DNA of 64,000 bases, taken from contig NC_042997.1 in the NCBI RefSeq assembly GCF_006345805.1, positions 76,260,001 through 76,324,000 on the forward strand, read 5' to 3'. This DNA is from Octopus sinensis (taxonomy: Eukaryota). The notes beneath the pieces are model-generated. The model did no database searches, was not told the origin of the DNA, and saw only the letters and a list, made by a program, of their open reading frames with translations. Position 1 is the stretch's first letter. Every line of letters begins with the position of its first letter. Below, piece by piece: positions 1 to 11,358 of the stretch. A program made the position numbers and the translations under genes.

Positions 1-882
1 TTCTGGTGACACTTTATCTTCTTTTTCACCTAGCTGAGGTGCTTCCTGCGGTTTGGGTTGGGGTTGGCATTCCGCCCTTACATGACCCTTCTTGCCGCAG
101 CCGAAACACCTCGGCTTTCTGCCCTCCACGAAAACTGTTATTCTCTCGTCTTCACTAATTTTTAATGTTTCTGGTATTTCCTCCAGTGTTTGCACTTCCG
201 CCTGAATGGCTATTACTATTTTCTGTCCTTTCTAAAATTCCTCTTCCTCCACTGTGGCCTGGAGGATGTTTATTTTTTCCTCCAGGCCTACCATCACTGC
301 TGCCACCAGACATTCGGCATCTGCCTCTGGGGGAATGTTGTTCATCGTAATTCTCGATGTTCTTTTCCCTCTATACAAGGGGAGGAGAACAATGTTTTCC
401 GCTTTAATCGGCTCCATAGATAGTTTTTTCGCTATCTCCTCTGTAGTGAAACGCACCTCCACTGTGCCGTATCTCTTTCCTCTGTTAATGTAAGTTATTT
501 TGTCCATTAATGGTTTAAGACAGTTCTCTAATTTTTTTTCTTCAATTTTTTGGATCATTTTTGTTGTCGTGTTAAATGTCTTATAAATTATTCTTTTTTT
601 TTCTATTTCATCGTGTTTTTGGATGTTTGTGACCACTGTCACTTCCGTGCCCTCTTTTTTTACACAGTCCGCATATTTTTCCAAATCTTCCACATTTATT
701 TTTTTAATCTTTTTACCGGCCACTTCAGAGAATTTTTTCGCTGGAGCTGGTGCTGGGTTTTCCTTTTTCTTTGGTGGCGTCGCCTCTTTTTTCTTTGGCG
801 ACACCGCCTCTTTTTTCCTTGGCGACATCGCCGGATACTCCTCTTCACTCGTCACGGGAGAATCAGAGAAGGGGGACTCCAT
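1..882 (-). pseudogene. Tx1 ORF1 (gag-like RNA-binding protein) with premature stop at 232-234
   Basis: Matches ORF 16046..17104. TGG of that copy (16442-16444) is TAG here. The CCHC knuckle CFGCGKKGHVRAEC follows in frame. Confidence 0.9.
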
Positions 883-1105
883 CTTGAACAGTTGGCTTCA
901 CAAGCCCTTGGTAACTTCAAGATAATTGATATTTTTCCCCCACGGAGGGGGGAACACCAACGCGAAGTCCTCGCGCGAAGGCTGACTTCGACAGTTAGAC
1001 AGCAATATACAAAACAGGTAGACAAACAGTAGAGAATAACAGAGATAATAATATGACAGCAAAAATATATCAACTTACAATAAACGCAAAAAAACACGAC
1101 CGCCG
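1..1105 (-). mobile_element. Tx1-group LINE, array unit U0 (5' part only; runs off window edge)
   Basis: About 98% identical by manual comparison to 16211-17320. 5' terminal motif CGGCGGTCGTGTTTTTTTGCG ends at about 1105. Confidence 0.9.
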
Positions 1106-1379
1106 TGGTTCAAATTGTTTCTTTATTATCCACAAGGGGCTAACGAAGAGGGGGACAATACATCATGATTTGTGGTCACGAGATACAGATGAAATTTACA
1201 TAAAATTGAGCTTTAAAAACGTTTACATGAAATTGCAAAAATTGAAGAAATCGAATGATACACAATGTTTTTAACAACAGTACGACATAAAAGGAACACA
1301 TGAAGTGGGAACACCAGGATTGCCGACCCCACGAGCCCTGTTTTTCCCACCGAAACTCGGCAGCCAACTTACAGCGTGT

Positions 1380-4300
1380 TCACGTGGCCCCTTTCACTCG
1401 CAGCAATCGTGCCACACGCTTCCATATTTTGTCGAACTCACACGCAGACAGACGCCTTTTCTCCAACTCCACCTTTCTTTTTAGGTGGAACCTGAAAAAG
1501 GTCACCAAGGCGGAATCAGAGATCATGGTGTCTGTCATTGCCGCTTTCATTCTAGTCTTCCATATACACTCCTTCGCTACTGCTACTGTACTGAGAAAGC
1601 AATGCTTACCTTCACTTGTCAAAAAGCTAGGCGAGTCAATTTTTATAATTGTCTCAGCCGATAGCTGTACTCTTCTTCCGTCCGACAACAGGTGTTCGGC
1701 ATATAGCCACACGTCCGAAACTTCCGGACACTGAACAATAGCATGCGAGACTGTTTCCAGATCCCGCTCGCATCTTGGGCAGTTCGATGGTCCACTCCAA
1801 CCATGCCTTGTGAGTTTATCCCGAACGGGTAAAGCTCCTCTGAAACATTGCCAGGTCGAAGACTTCTGGAAGTTATCCAATGTCTTCGTCCCGAACGTCC
1901 TTCGGAACAGGCTGTCTAACTGATTTCGATCGAGGCCCAAGGTCCTTCCTAAGGCATCGTCATTTCCGGCCTCTACCAACCTGCTATAAAAAGCTGCGGT
2001 GGTACCAAAGCCGCCGGCATTGCCCGACTTGCGGAAGTGGCAGAGTGCCTTATGGCACTCCGAATACCACATGCTCGATCTAAGTCTACGACGAAACCAG
2101 GTTTCTCTGCCACCGAAACTGACAAAGCTGGGGAACATCTGCCTCGCAATCGGGGACCACACCCGTTCACCATCCAGGTAGAGCTAAAGATGCCTTAACC
2201 TCAGCGCATCTCTGCGCATCCTCAGCCAAGGCATCCCTAAGCCACCCTTTAACGGTTTCTGACAGCAAATAGAACGTCTTACAAGAGGAGTGCTTCCCTT
2301 CCACAAAAAGTGGAAGATCTGCCTCTCCAACTTGCTTAACCACGAATCCGGACAAGGGACGACGGTCAGGCGGTAGGTGATGACCGATGCTAAAAACACA
2401 TTGGCCACCTCCGCCCTCCCTTTCAAGGATAGCCACCGTCCGGACCAAGTCCTGACCGCGTGAGCCACCTTGCCCGTCACCTCAGACCAGTTCTTTTCTA
2501 TCTGGAGATCTGGACCAAACCAGATCCCTAGCAGCTTAACCGGGTCCTCCGTCCAGCATCCCACAATGCTATTCGAAGGCATCGACTCCAGGTGCCGAGT
2601 TGCAAGCCGACCGATTTTTCCCGGTTAATCTTTGCTCCTGTCGCCGTCTCGTAAGCCTTGATGGCATCTCCCACATTACGCAGGAGTCCCACCTCGGTCA
2701 CGATGATGGTGATGTCGTCCGCATACGATGTTACAGAACCTCCACCTCCTGGATTCATCGGGATGGCGTTCAGCTTTCGCAGCAATGGCTCGAGAGCCAT
2801 CACATACAAAATCGGGGAGAGCGGACACCCTTGACGAACAGACTGTCTGATGCGGAACGGCTTCGAAAGGAAGCCATTCACCCGAACGATCGAGTCGATG
2901 TTATCGTACAATTGTATGATCCACCTGAGGAAGCCAACACCCAGACCGACCTGCGCCAGCACGGACACCAGGTACCGATGGTTCACCCTATCAAACGCTT
3001 TACTCTGGTCTAAATGGACCAATGCCCCACCTTTGCCAGAGTCATTCCCAAACCTCTCTATTGTGTAGCGTACTAGGTGAAGATTGTCCTGGATGGTTCT
3101 TCCAGGGACCGTACAAGTTTGTGCCTCCCCGATCAGACCACCCGCGACACGCGTCAACCTTTTCGCTAGCACCTTGGCCAAAATCTTCACCTCTGTGTTT
3201 AGCAGTGTGATGGGCCGAAAGTTGTCTATGTTGTCCCCCTTGCTCGGGTCCTTTCTGATCAGCGTCACCACTCCCCGACGTACAGATCTGGGAATGAACC
3301 CATTCTGTCGCCAGTTCGCGAAGACTCCGGTCAGCACGTTCCCGAACAAGTCTGGCATTCTCTTATATAGCTCGTAAGGTAAACCATCAATCCCCGGCGC
3401 CCTGCCTTCACCGCAGTCGACCAGGACCTCAGCTATCTCCTCAGGCGAGATCGACGCTTCACAGCTCTCCGCGTCCTGCCCCGAGAGGTGCGGCAACCCG
3501 GCGAGGATGTCCGTTAGGTCCACCCTCTCCTCCGGCCCGCCGTCGCCCCCAAAGAGCCGAGCGAAGTGCTCCTGAAACGTCCGACACATCTCCTCTGGTT
3601 CGGTGATCACATCGCCTTGCCCGTTCGTCACAGACTTAATTGTGGAATCGTTTCCACGTTGAGCCTCCACAACTCGTGCCCATCCGGCAGCCTTAATACC
3701 CTCGCACTCCATTGCGCGAATTCTAGCTCTGACGATACAACCCATATGTTTGGCTTCGAGGTGCTGGTTCAACTCCAGTCTCTTCAGCCTAACTTGGGCT
3801 CCATCGCCAGATCTCATGGCTTCCTCTAAGGCCTTAACTAGCCCCATCTCTTTCCTACGCCCACTAGTTACTAGACCTATGCTGTATCTAACGGACTCGT
3901 ACTTGATGGCTCTTTTGAGGGCGTACCACCATTTGTTGTTAATAATGGAACCGGTTAACTAATAACTCGATCCGTTTTCTGTACTCTTCAATAGCCAGAA
4001 GGGACTTATTGAGTTTCCAGTAGCCGGATCCCTTACTACCTAACTTATCTAGGTTCAGTTCGCCAGTGACCATCTTGTGATCGCTGTAACTGACCATGTG
4101 AAACTGTGGACACTTAACTAATCCTTTATCTATTTTTCTAATAAAAATTCTGTCTATGTAGGACCTGACAGACCCGTCGCCACTTGACCACGTCCAATGT
4201 GGAGCGTTCGGGAATTCAAGTCTGTAGGGATCTACCAGCTGAAAGCGACTCAGTAGATCCCGGAAGCCAGGGTTTGGTTTTCTATCTTTTGAGCCAACGC

Positions 4301-4748
4301 CATCGACGCGCGCATCGACTATGGCATTAAAGTCCCCTAGCATGACTATGGATTTTGACGTGCCAAGAAACTTCTCCAGACCTCGATAAAAATCAGTCTG
4401 ACTCGAATTAGGTGCGTATACTGCTACCAGCCTGATTTCTTTACCACAACTGAACGTCAGATCTAAGACGACCAGCCTACCTTCTGAATCAGAAAAAATC
4501 AACTTTTTCTCCGAGACACTATCTTTTTTAAGCAGGACCAACACCCCACTCCCGCCCACATGCTGTCCAGGAGAAATAAATCTCTCGTAGCCGTCCATGA
4601 GCGGGAGTAGATCTCTTGGCCCTTCGATTCGTGTCTCAGTAGCTACAATTACATTTAAATTCTGCGCGCTGATATCGTTTAGTAAACGACCTTGTTTCCA
4701 GTTCGCTACCAGGGCGCGCACATTTATACAACCAACGTAAACAGCCAT
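1380..4748 (-). pseudogene. Tx1 ORF2 (APE endonuclease, reverse transcriptase, CCHC domain); 2 frameshifts and 1 stop
   Basis: APE motifs ATETR, GDFNA, YIDRIF, SDHK. RT motifs FRPITLLN, DQSKAFDRV, RQGCPLSP, YADD. C-terminal CPRC...HAIVQC. Lesions at about 3953, about 2588 and TAG at 2184-2186. Confidence 0.95.
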
Positions 4749-4755
4749 AGTTTGC

Positions 4756-6138
4756 TTACCTTATTTCCTCTGGGTCCGGCCGTCGGGGGGAACCCGTCTC
4801 TTCTGCCTCCGAGGGCCGTGGAATCGGCGAGCTGCTGTTCTTCTTTTCTACATCCTTCAGGGCATCCCCCTTGCTCATTCTGGATGGACCTACATCTTTT
4901 CTAAAATCATTTGCTAACGTGTTGAACCCTCTCTGTCCCATCACGTAGCATCTCCAGTCTCCACACCTCTCTTCCATCTCCACCTCCTCCTCGATGTGTT
5001 TTGTCTCCACTCTACGCATCACTTCTCTGTTTGCGGTGTTCATTGCAACATATACCTTGTTTTCCTTCTCCGGCTTCTTCGCTTTCTTCACTTCTCTCTT
5101 CTCTTTACTTATGGTTTTCTCCGGGGAGGGATTATTGTGTTTTCGTTTTGTAGCAGCAACCTGTGACCACCCCTCCCCTACTTCTGTTGCAGGTGTTGTT
5201 TCTGTTGCCGCCACTTGAGAACTTGGCTTTGTGGGTTCGCCCTTCTCCTTCTCCGCCGGCTTGCAGTCTTTCTTAATGTGGCCCTTCTTGCCACAGGTGA
5301 AACACCTGGGCTTCCGGCCCTCCACCATTACTGCCATCCGGCTGTCTCCTATCTCGATAACCTCGCCTATCTCTTCCAAGACGTCCGGCTCGGCCTGTAT
5401 AATAATCTTTACTTTCTGTCCTTGCCACTTTTTGGCGTCTTCCACCGTGGCATCGCGAATTTCTATTTTTTCCTCCAGCCCTGCAGTGACTCCAGCCACT
5501 ATTAGTTCGGGCTCAACCTCTGGCGGTATGTTAGCAATTGTTATCCTCGAAATGCGCCTTCCTCTATAAATAGGGAGAAGGGTTATTGTATCTGTTTTCA
5601 GGGGTTTCATGGACTGCTCCCTTGCTTCTTCCTCTGTTCTGAACCTGGTTTCCACGGTACCATATCTCTTACCCCTGGTTAAAAATGTGATTTTTTCCCA
5701 GATGGGTAGCAAGCAAGCCTCCACTTCCTTTTCCGAAGAAAAGTCTATTCTCCTTTCCTTATTACGATATGTTTTATATATTATCGTCTTTCTCTCTATC
5801 TCTTCGCGAAATTCTTGCGTCTGATTCAGTTTAATTTCATACCCGTTTCGGGATACTATCTTTTTCACTTCTTCCAACTTGGTCAGGTCTATCTTTCTTT
5901 CTTTTGGGCTAGCCGCCTCGGCGAAGTTTAGCGCTTTCTTTGCCACGCTTGGCACATCTATATTTCTTCGTACCGCATTTCTGATTCCCCTACTTTCCTC
6001 TTCGTCCGAGGAAATGTCAGGTAAAGCTATTGTTTTTTCTAGGCTGGACATCTCTGGACTCAGGACCTGGGTTTGGTCTTCCGTTCTGTCCGCCTTCGGG
6101 CTGGCCATTATTGGCCTACCCCTCCTCAGCGGCTTCAC
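4756..6138 (-). CDS. Tx1 ORF1, 460 aa, RRM-like region plus one CCHC zinc knuckle
   Basis: Uninterrupted ORF. CFTCGKKGHIKKDC (CX2CX4HX4C). TRGKRYGTVE...RITIANIPPE block is shared with all array ORF1s. Confidence 0.9.
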   Translation of the reverse strand: MKPLRRGRPIMASPKADRTEDQTQVLSPEMSSLEKTIALPDISSDEEESRGIRNAVRRNIDVPSVAKKALNFAEAASPKERKIDLTKLEEVKKIVSRNGYEIKLNQTQEFREEIERKTIIYKTYRNKERRIDFSSEKEVEACLLPIWEKITFLTRGKRYGTVETRFRTEEEAREQSMKPLKTDTITLLPIYRGRRISRITIANIPPEVEPELIVAGVTAGLEEKIEIRDATVEDAKKWQGQKVKIIIQAEPDVLEEIGEVIEIGDSRMAVMVEGRKPRCFTCGKKGHIKKDCKPAEKEKGEPTKPSSQVAATETTPATEVGEGWSQVAATKRKHNNPSPEKTISKEKREVKKAKKPEKENKVYVAMNTANREVMRRVETKHIEEEVEMEERCGDWRCYVMGQRGFNTLANDFRKDVGPSRMSKGDALKDVEKKNSSSPIPRPSEAEETGSPRRPDPEEIR

Positions 6139-6290
6139 TAATATTAGTCAAATAAATTCGACTAACGAATTCAAAAAACAACTTACTTTTTCTTTTTGTT
6201 TTTGTTTTTTCCACAAATAACAACTGGTAGTAGAATACACTGACAAAATTTTACAGAGCGCAAAAAAACACGACCGCCGCTGTTCAAATC

Positions 6291-7964
6291 TTTTCTTTAT
6301 TACCCACTAGGGGCGACGAAGAGGGGACATAACAAAACATGGGAGATATAAAACATGATTAAAATTATGGGCAAATGAATATTAAAATGAAAAAATGATG
6401 ATATGAAAGCGATGCTAACGGCCCCCTCCGCCAGCATCACTTACCTGTCCTTTGGTTTTTGCCGTCACTCCAATTTCCAATAATAAAACTGATATTCTCC
6501 ATTCTCACTTCAAAACGATTCTCCATATTTTTCACGGATTCATCACTCAGACTCATCTCTTCCACCTCCCAATTCTCCCTTTCGCACCTTCTCATAAACT
6601 CATCTATTCTCTCCTTTTCAATCACTGCACACCTGGTCACACCTGAATCGCACCATGTATACCCTTCCATTACCCTTTTAACCTCTTTCTGTTCTGTCAT
6701 AATACAAATGTTCGGCCTGGGTTCGCTTTCAGTCTCTTGTCTGTCTGTGTTATTTTTTTGTTTGTTTTCTTGTTGGAGGGGAGCGGGTGGGTTCACTGCC
6801 TGCAGGGGAGGGGTGGGATTCAGAGGGTGTGGGTGGTGTTGGGGTGGGTTGGGGCTTCACACAGTTTTTATTTTTTTTTATTTTTCTCTTTTTTCTGCCT
6901 TCTTCCCTTTCTTGTTGCATCTCCTCTTCTTCTGTCGTTTCCTTTTCTGTTTGTTTCTCTTTAGTTTCTTCCTCTTTTGGGGCTTCCTCTTTTGGGGCTT
7001 CCGCAACGATTTCCTTTTTTTTTTCCTTTGGTGGGGGAGGGCAGTAGGCTCTTATGTGACCCCTCAGGCCACACTTGCAGCACCTGGGCGCCCTACCCTC
7101 CACCCACACTCTCATAATAATATTTCCAGTTTTTATACTGTCCGTAAGCTTTTCTATAACTTCCGCCTCCGTCTGTATGTTCATTTCTAGTGTGGCACCT
7201 CTCACGCCTTCATATTTCATAATGGCGTGGAGGATGTCCACTTTATCTTCATTTCCTTTGATAACCGCAACCGTTATTAATTCGCCCTCTAGGTGTGGAG
7301 GTATTCCAACCACCCTAATTCTGGTGGTCCTTCTATTCAAATACGAGGGGAACAAGTAAATCTTTTCTGTACTCACCACCTTGGCTGCTATATTCCTGGC
7401 TGCTTTCTCACTTTTAAATTGTACCGTTATGGTTCCATATTCTAATCCTTTTGTCATGTACACAATTTCTTCTCCTGTCTGTTTGAGAGCCTCTTCAATT
7501 GCTTCCATGTTAATCACTTCCATTTTTCTACCTCCATTCATAAATACTTTATATTTAATGGTTCTACGATGGAACCAGTCTCCGCGCCCTGCTGGAGGCA
7601 GCAGCTCAACCTCTCCATTCTCCTCCTCCTTCATGAACTCCTGGAAGTCCGTCAACTTAGCCAGGTCTATCTCTTTTTCTGTTGACTTCTTCGTTATACC
7701 TGCGTAGGTGCTTTCCATTTTTTCCACCGCCATTTGACGAATTTTCAGAGAAATTTCTCCCTTCCATCTCATCCGTTTGGTAGAGGCGGCTCATAGTCGC
7801 CTCAGACCGAAAAACGGCCTCCCGAACAGAAAACGTGCGACGCGCAGAACCAGTGCGACGCGAAACCGCACCAACCGACGTTCCAATTCCGCAACAACCA
7901 CAATTCACTTTTTGCTCTTTTTTCCTTTTCAACCGAATTTTACAGAGCGCAAAAAACACCGCCG
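6291..7964 (-). mobile_element. ORF1-only (half-L1/HAL1-like) Tx1 derivative, array unit U2
   Basis: ORF1 at about 6437-7772 (CCKCGLRGHIRAYC; +1 shift in an A-tract at about 6755), no EN/RT, same 5' and 3' terminal motifs as U1. Confidence 0.9.
6300..6437 (-). CDS. Putative 45-aa hydrophobic micro-ORF of U2 (MLAEGAVSIAFISSFFHFNIHLPIILIMFYISHVLLCPLFVAPSG)
   Basis: Manual translation. ATG overlaps the ORF1 stop (TGATG). Homologous open frames are present in U3 and U4. Confidence 0.4.
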   Translation of the reverse strand: MLAEGAVSIAFISSFFHFNIHLPIILIMFYISHVLLCPLFVAPSG

Positions 7965-7965
7965 T

Positions 7966-8124
7966 TCAATCTGATTTCTTTATTACCCACCAGGGGGCGA
8001 CACAGAGGGGGACACCACAAGACATGGGGACATAGAACATTACAATTAATTTTATGAAAAATGAGTTATTACATGAAAATAATGATAATATGAAAGCGAT
8101 GCTAAAGGCCCCATCCGTTAGCAT
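7966..8124 (-). CDS. Putative 52-aa micro-ORF of U3 (MLTDGAFSIAFILSLFSCNNSFFIKLIVMFYVPMSCGVPLCVAPWWVIKKSD)
   Basis: Manual translation; TGATG overlap with the ORF1 stop. Confidence 0.35.
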   Translation of the reverse strand: MLTDGAFSIAFILSLFSCNNSFFIKLIVMFYVPMSCGVPLCVAPWWVIKKSD

Positions 8125-9639
8125 CACTTAACTGTCCTTTGGTTTTCACTGTCACCTGAATGTTCATTCCCGATACGAAGACCTTCCATATCCATTCTTA
8201 CTCCGAAGTACTCCTCCATTTTTTCCACGAATTCATCGCTCATTCTTGTATCTTTCACCTCCCAATTCTCCCTTTCACACCTCAACACAAACTCGTCTAT
8301 TTTCTTCTTTTCAATCACTGCATATCTGGTCTCACCTATTTCATACCATTTATACTCTTCCATTACCCTTTTAACTTCTTTCTGTTCAGTCATAGTACAC
8401 ATGTACGGCCTGGGTTCGATTTCAAACTCTTGTCTGTCTGTATTATTTTTTTCTTTTGTTTTCTTGTTGGAGGGGAGCGGGTGGGTTCACTGTCTGCAGG
8501 GATAGGGTGGGTCTCAGAGGGTGTGGGTGGTGTTGGGGTGGATTGGTGTTCTATGTTATTTTCTTTTCCTCGTATTCTTCTCTTCCTCTTATTCCCAGCT
8601 TCCTTCCATTTCTGTGAATTCTCTTCTTCTACTGTCTCCTTCTCCTCTGGTTTCTGCTTCTCTCTCTGTAGTTCGGAATCCATTTCTTTCACTGGGGGAG
8701 GGCAGAAGGCTCTTATGTGACCCCTCAGACCACACTTGTAACAACGTGGAGCTCTGCCCTCCACCCACACTCTCATGATCACGTCTCCCAATCTGATGCT
8801 TTCCGCCAGGTCCACCAGCACATCGTTCCCTGCCTACACGTTCAGTTCCACTGTTACGCCTCTCCAGCCCTCGGTCTTAACCGAGGCATGGATGATATCC
8901 ACTTCCCCCTCGTGGCCGCTGATCACAGCCGCCACAATCCACTCGGCCTCAACGTTTGGGGGCACTCCCTCCACCCTTACTCGTGTAATCCTTCTATTTA
9001 GATATGTAGGCAAAAGTGTTACCTTCTCGGATTTCACCGCCTTCGCCGCCATCTTCCTTGCTGCATTCTCACTTTTAAACTGTACCACTACAGTACCATA
9101 CTTTGATCCTCGAGTCAGAAAATTAAATTCCTCCTCCGTTCTTCTCAGCGCCTCCTCTATCCACTCCATGTTTACAACTTCTATCTTCTTCCTTTCGTTT
9201 GCGAACACCCTGTATATAATGGTCCTTTTATCATACCATTCCTTTCTCTTGGGTGTCGGTGCTAGTTCGACCTCACCGCTATCCTTTTTCATATATTTCT
9301 GGTAACTTGGCAGCTTGGCCAAGTCCACCCCTTTCTCTTCCGCCTTCTTGGTTACACCGGCATAGGTATAACCCAGCTTTCGATCCATCATTCTCACTGC
9401 CTGTTCCAGTTCCTCCTCAGACGTAGACAAGTCTGATAGGGAATCAAAGTCCATTTCCTTCTGTCTGACGGACCGCAAACGGCCGCCCGAACAGAAAAAG
9501 TGTAACTCGTAGAACCAGTGTAACGCGAAACCGCATCAACGACGTTCAAAATTTCTACAACAACAACAATACTTTTTGTTCTTTTTTCTTTTTTAACCGA
9601 ATTTTACAGAGCGCAAAAAAACACGACCGACAGAGTGAA
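7968..9639 (-). mobile_element. ORF1-only Tx1 derivative, array unit U3
   Basis: ORF1 at 8124-9478 (CYKCGLRGHIRAFC; CAG>TAG at 8834-8836; A-tract shift at about 8450), no EN/RT, shared termini. Confidence 0.9.
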
Positions 9640-11358
9640 AATCTGATTTCTTTATTACCCACGAGGGGCTACACAGAGGGGACACTACAAACATTGGGGA
9701 CATAGAACATCACAATTACAAAGAATGAAAAATGAATTTTGAAAAATGATATTATGAAAGTAATGCTAACGGCCCCTTCCGCTAGCATCACTTACCTGTC
9801 CTTCGTACCCTATCATCCATTGTTCTCCCCAATTTCAATACACATATTCTCCAAGTCCATAGCATATAATTTTTTAAAATAATTCTTTGTCTTATCCCCA
9901 ACTACCCACTCCTCCACTTTCACATTTCTATTTTCGCACCACACTAACAGTCCATCCATTTCTTCCCTCTTCACCATTGCATATTTCCAGACCCCCTTTT
10001 CATACCCTAGATAACCCTCTAACATGTCTTTTATGTCCTCTCTTTCTTTTTTTAACCTACACAGAACAAAGCGCCCGGATTCGGTTTCAGTCTCTTGTCT
10101 GTGTGTATTACTTTTTTGTTTTCTTGTTGGAGGGGAGCGGGTGGGTTCACTGTCTGCAGGGATAGGGTGGGACTCAGAGGGTGTGGGTGGTGATGGGTTG
10201 GATTGGTGTAGCGTGTTGTTTACCTTTCTCCTTCTTCTCTTTCTTTTTTTCCTTCCTTCTTCCCACTCTTGCTGGATCTCCTCTTCTTCTGTCGTTTCCT
10301 TCTCTGTCTGGATCTCTTCTTCTTTATTTTCTTCCTCCCTTGGGGGTTCCGCAACAATTTCCTTTTCTCTTGGTGGGGTAGGGCAGAAGGCTCTTATGTG
10401 ACCCCTCAAGCCACACTTATAGCACCTGGGCGCCCTGCCCTCCACCCACACTCTCATAATCACGTCTCCCAATCTGATGTTTTCTGTTAGGTCCACCAGT
10501 ACCTCGTTCTCTGCCTGCACATTCAGTTCCACTGTCACGCCTCTCCAGCCCTCGGTCTTAACCGAGGCATGGAGGATGTCCACTTCCGCCTCGTGGCCGC
10601 TAATCACAGCCGCCACTATCCACTCAGCCTCAACGTTTGGGGGCACTCCCTCGACCCTTACTCTAGTAATTTTTCTATTTAGATACGTAGGCAAAAGTAT
10701 TACCTTCTCGGATTTCACCGCCTTCGCCGCCATCTTCCTTGCTGCCTTCTCACTTTTGAACTGTACTACTACAGTACCATATTTTGAACCTCTCGAAAGA
10801 AATTCGATTTCCTCTTCCGTTCTTCTTAGCGCCTCATTTATCCATTCCATATTCACCACTTCTATCTTTTTCTTTTCGCTTGCGAACACCCTGTATATGA
10901 TGGTCCTTTTCTCGTACCATTCCTTTCTCTTTGGTGGTGGTGCCAGTTCGACCTCACCGCTGTCCTTCCTCATTTACCTCTGGAAACCTGGCAATTTTGC
11001 TAGGTTTATTTCCTTTTCCTGTGCCGTCTTCTTTTTTGCAACTCCTGCGTACGTTTTCCTATTTTTTATCTCCACATTATTTACATCACCGATTTGCTCG
11101 TCTTCAGAGGTCGATGTCTCCGACAAGTTCTCAAATATCCATTCCTCCTCCGACTCCTCCACTAGGGAGTGGTCGTCCATTTCCCTCTGTCTGACGGGCT
11201 GAAAACGGCCGCCCGAACAGAATCAGTGTAACGCGTAGAACCAGCGAAACGCGAAACCGCATCAACGACATTCAAAATTCCGCAATAAAATAATTCAGTT
11301 TTTGTTCTTTTTTCTTTTTTACCGAATTTTACAGAGCGCAAAAAAACACGACCGCAGA
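9640..11358 (-). mobile_element. ORF1-only Tx1 derivative, array unit U4
   Basis: ORF1 at about 9788-11180 (in-frame TAA at 10974-10976 where U3 has TAT; CYKCGLRGHIRAFC), no EN/RT, shared termini. Confidence 0.9.
9669..9788 (-). CDS. Putative 39-aa micro-ORF of U4 (MLAEGAVSITFIISFFKIHFSFFVIVMFYVPNVCSVPSV)
   Basis: Manual translation; TGATG overlap at the conserved RTGK-stop position. Confidence 0.35.
   Translation of the reverse strand: MLAEGAVSITFIISFFKIHFSFFVIVMFYVPNVCSVPSV

Larger units (their letters stand above)
1118..6279 (-). mobile_element. Full-length Tx1-group LINE, array unit U1 (ORF1 intact, ORF2 disabled)
   Basis: Has ORF1, APE endonuclease, RT and a C-terminal CCHC domain. 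Conserved 5' motif at 6260-6279 and 3' motif ending AATAAAGAAA at 1118-1160. Confidence 0.95.

Noticed and set aside
6740-8470. Programmed frameshift after PPTRKQ in the ORF1 of U2 and U3
   Set aside because: The shift is +1 in U2, -1 in U3 and absent in U4, and lies in A-tracts, so it is a homopolymer indel or sequencing error.
9620-9640. Inr (TCACTCT) plus DPE (GGTCGTG) core promoter
   Set aside because: The motifs match but the spacing is about +9, not the required +28.
7960-9660. Junction as U2 snRNA target (Keno-like) or tRNA B-box (GTTCAAATC)
   Set aside because: Only 6-9 nt of resemblance; no surrounding U2 or tRNA sequence or cloverleaf.
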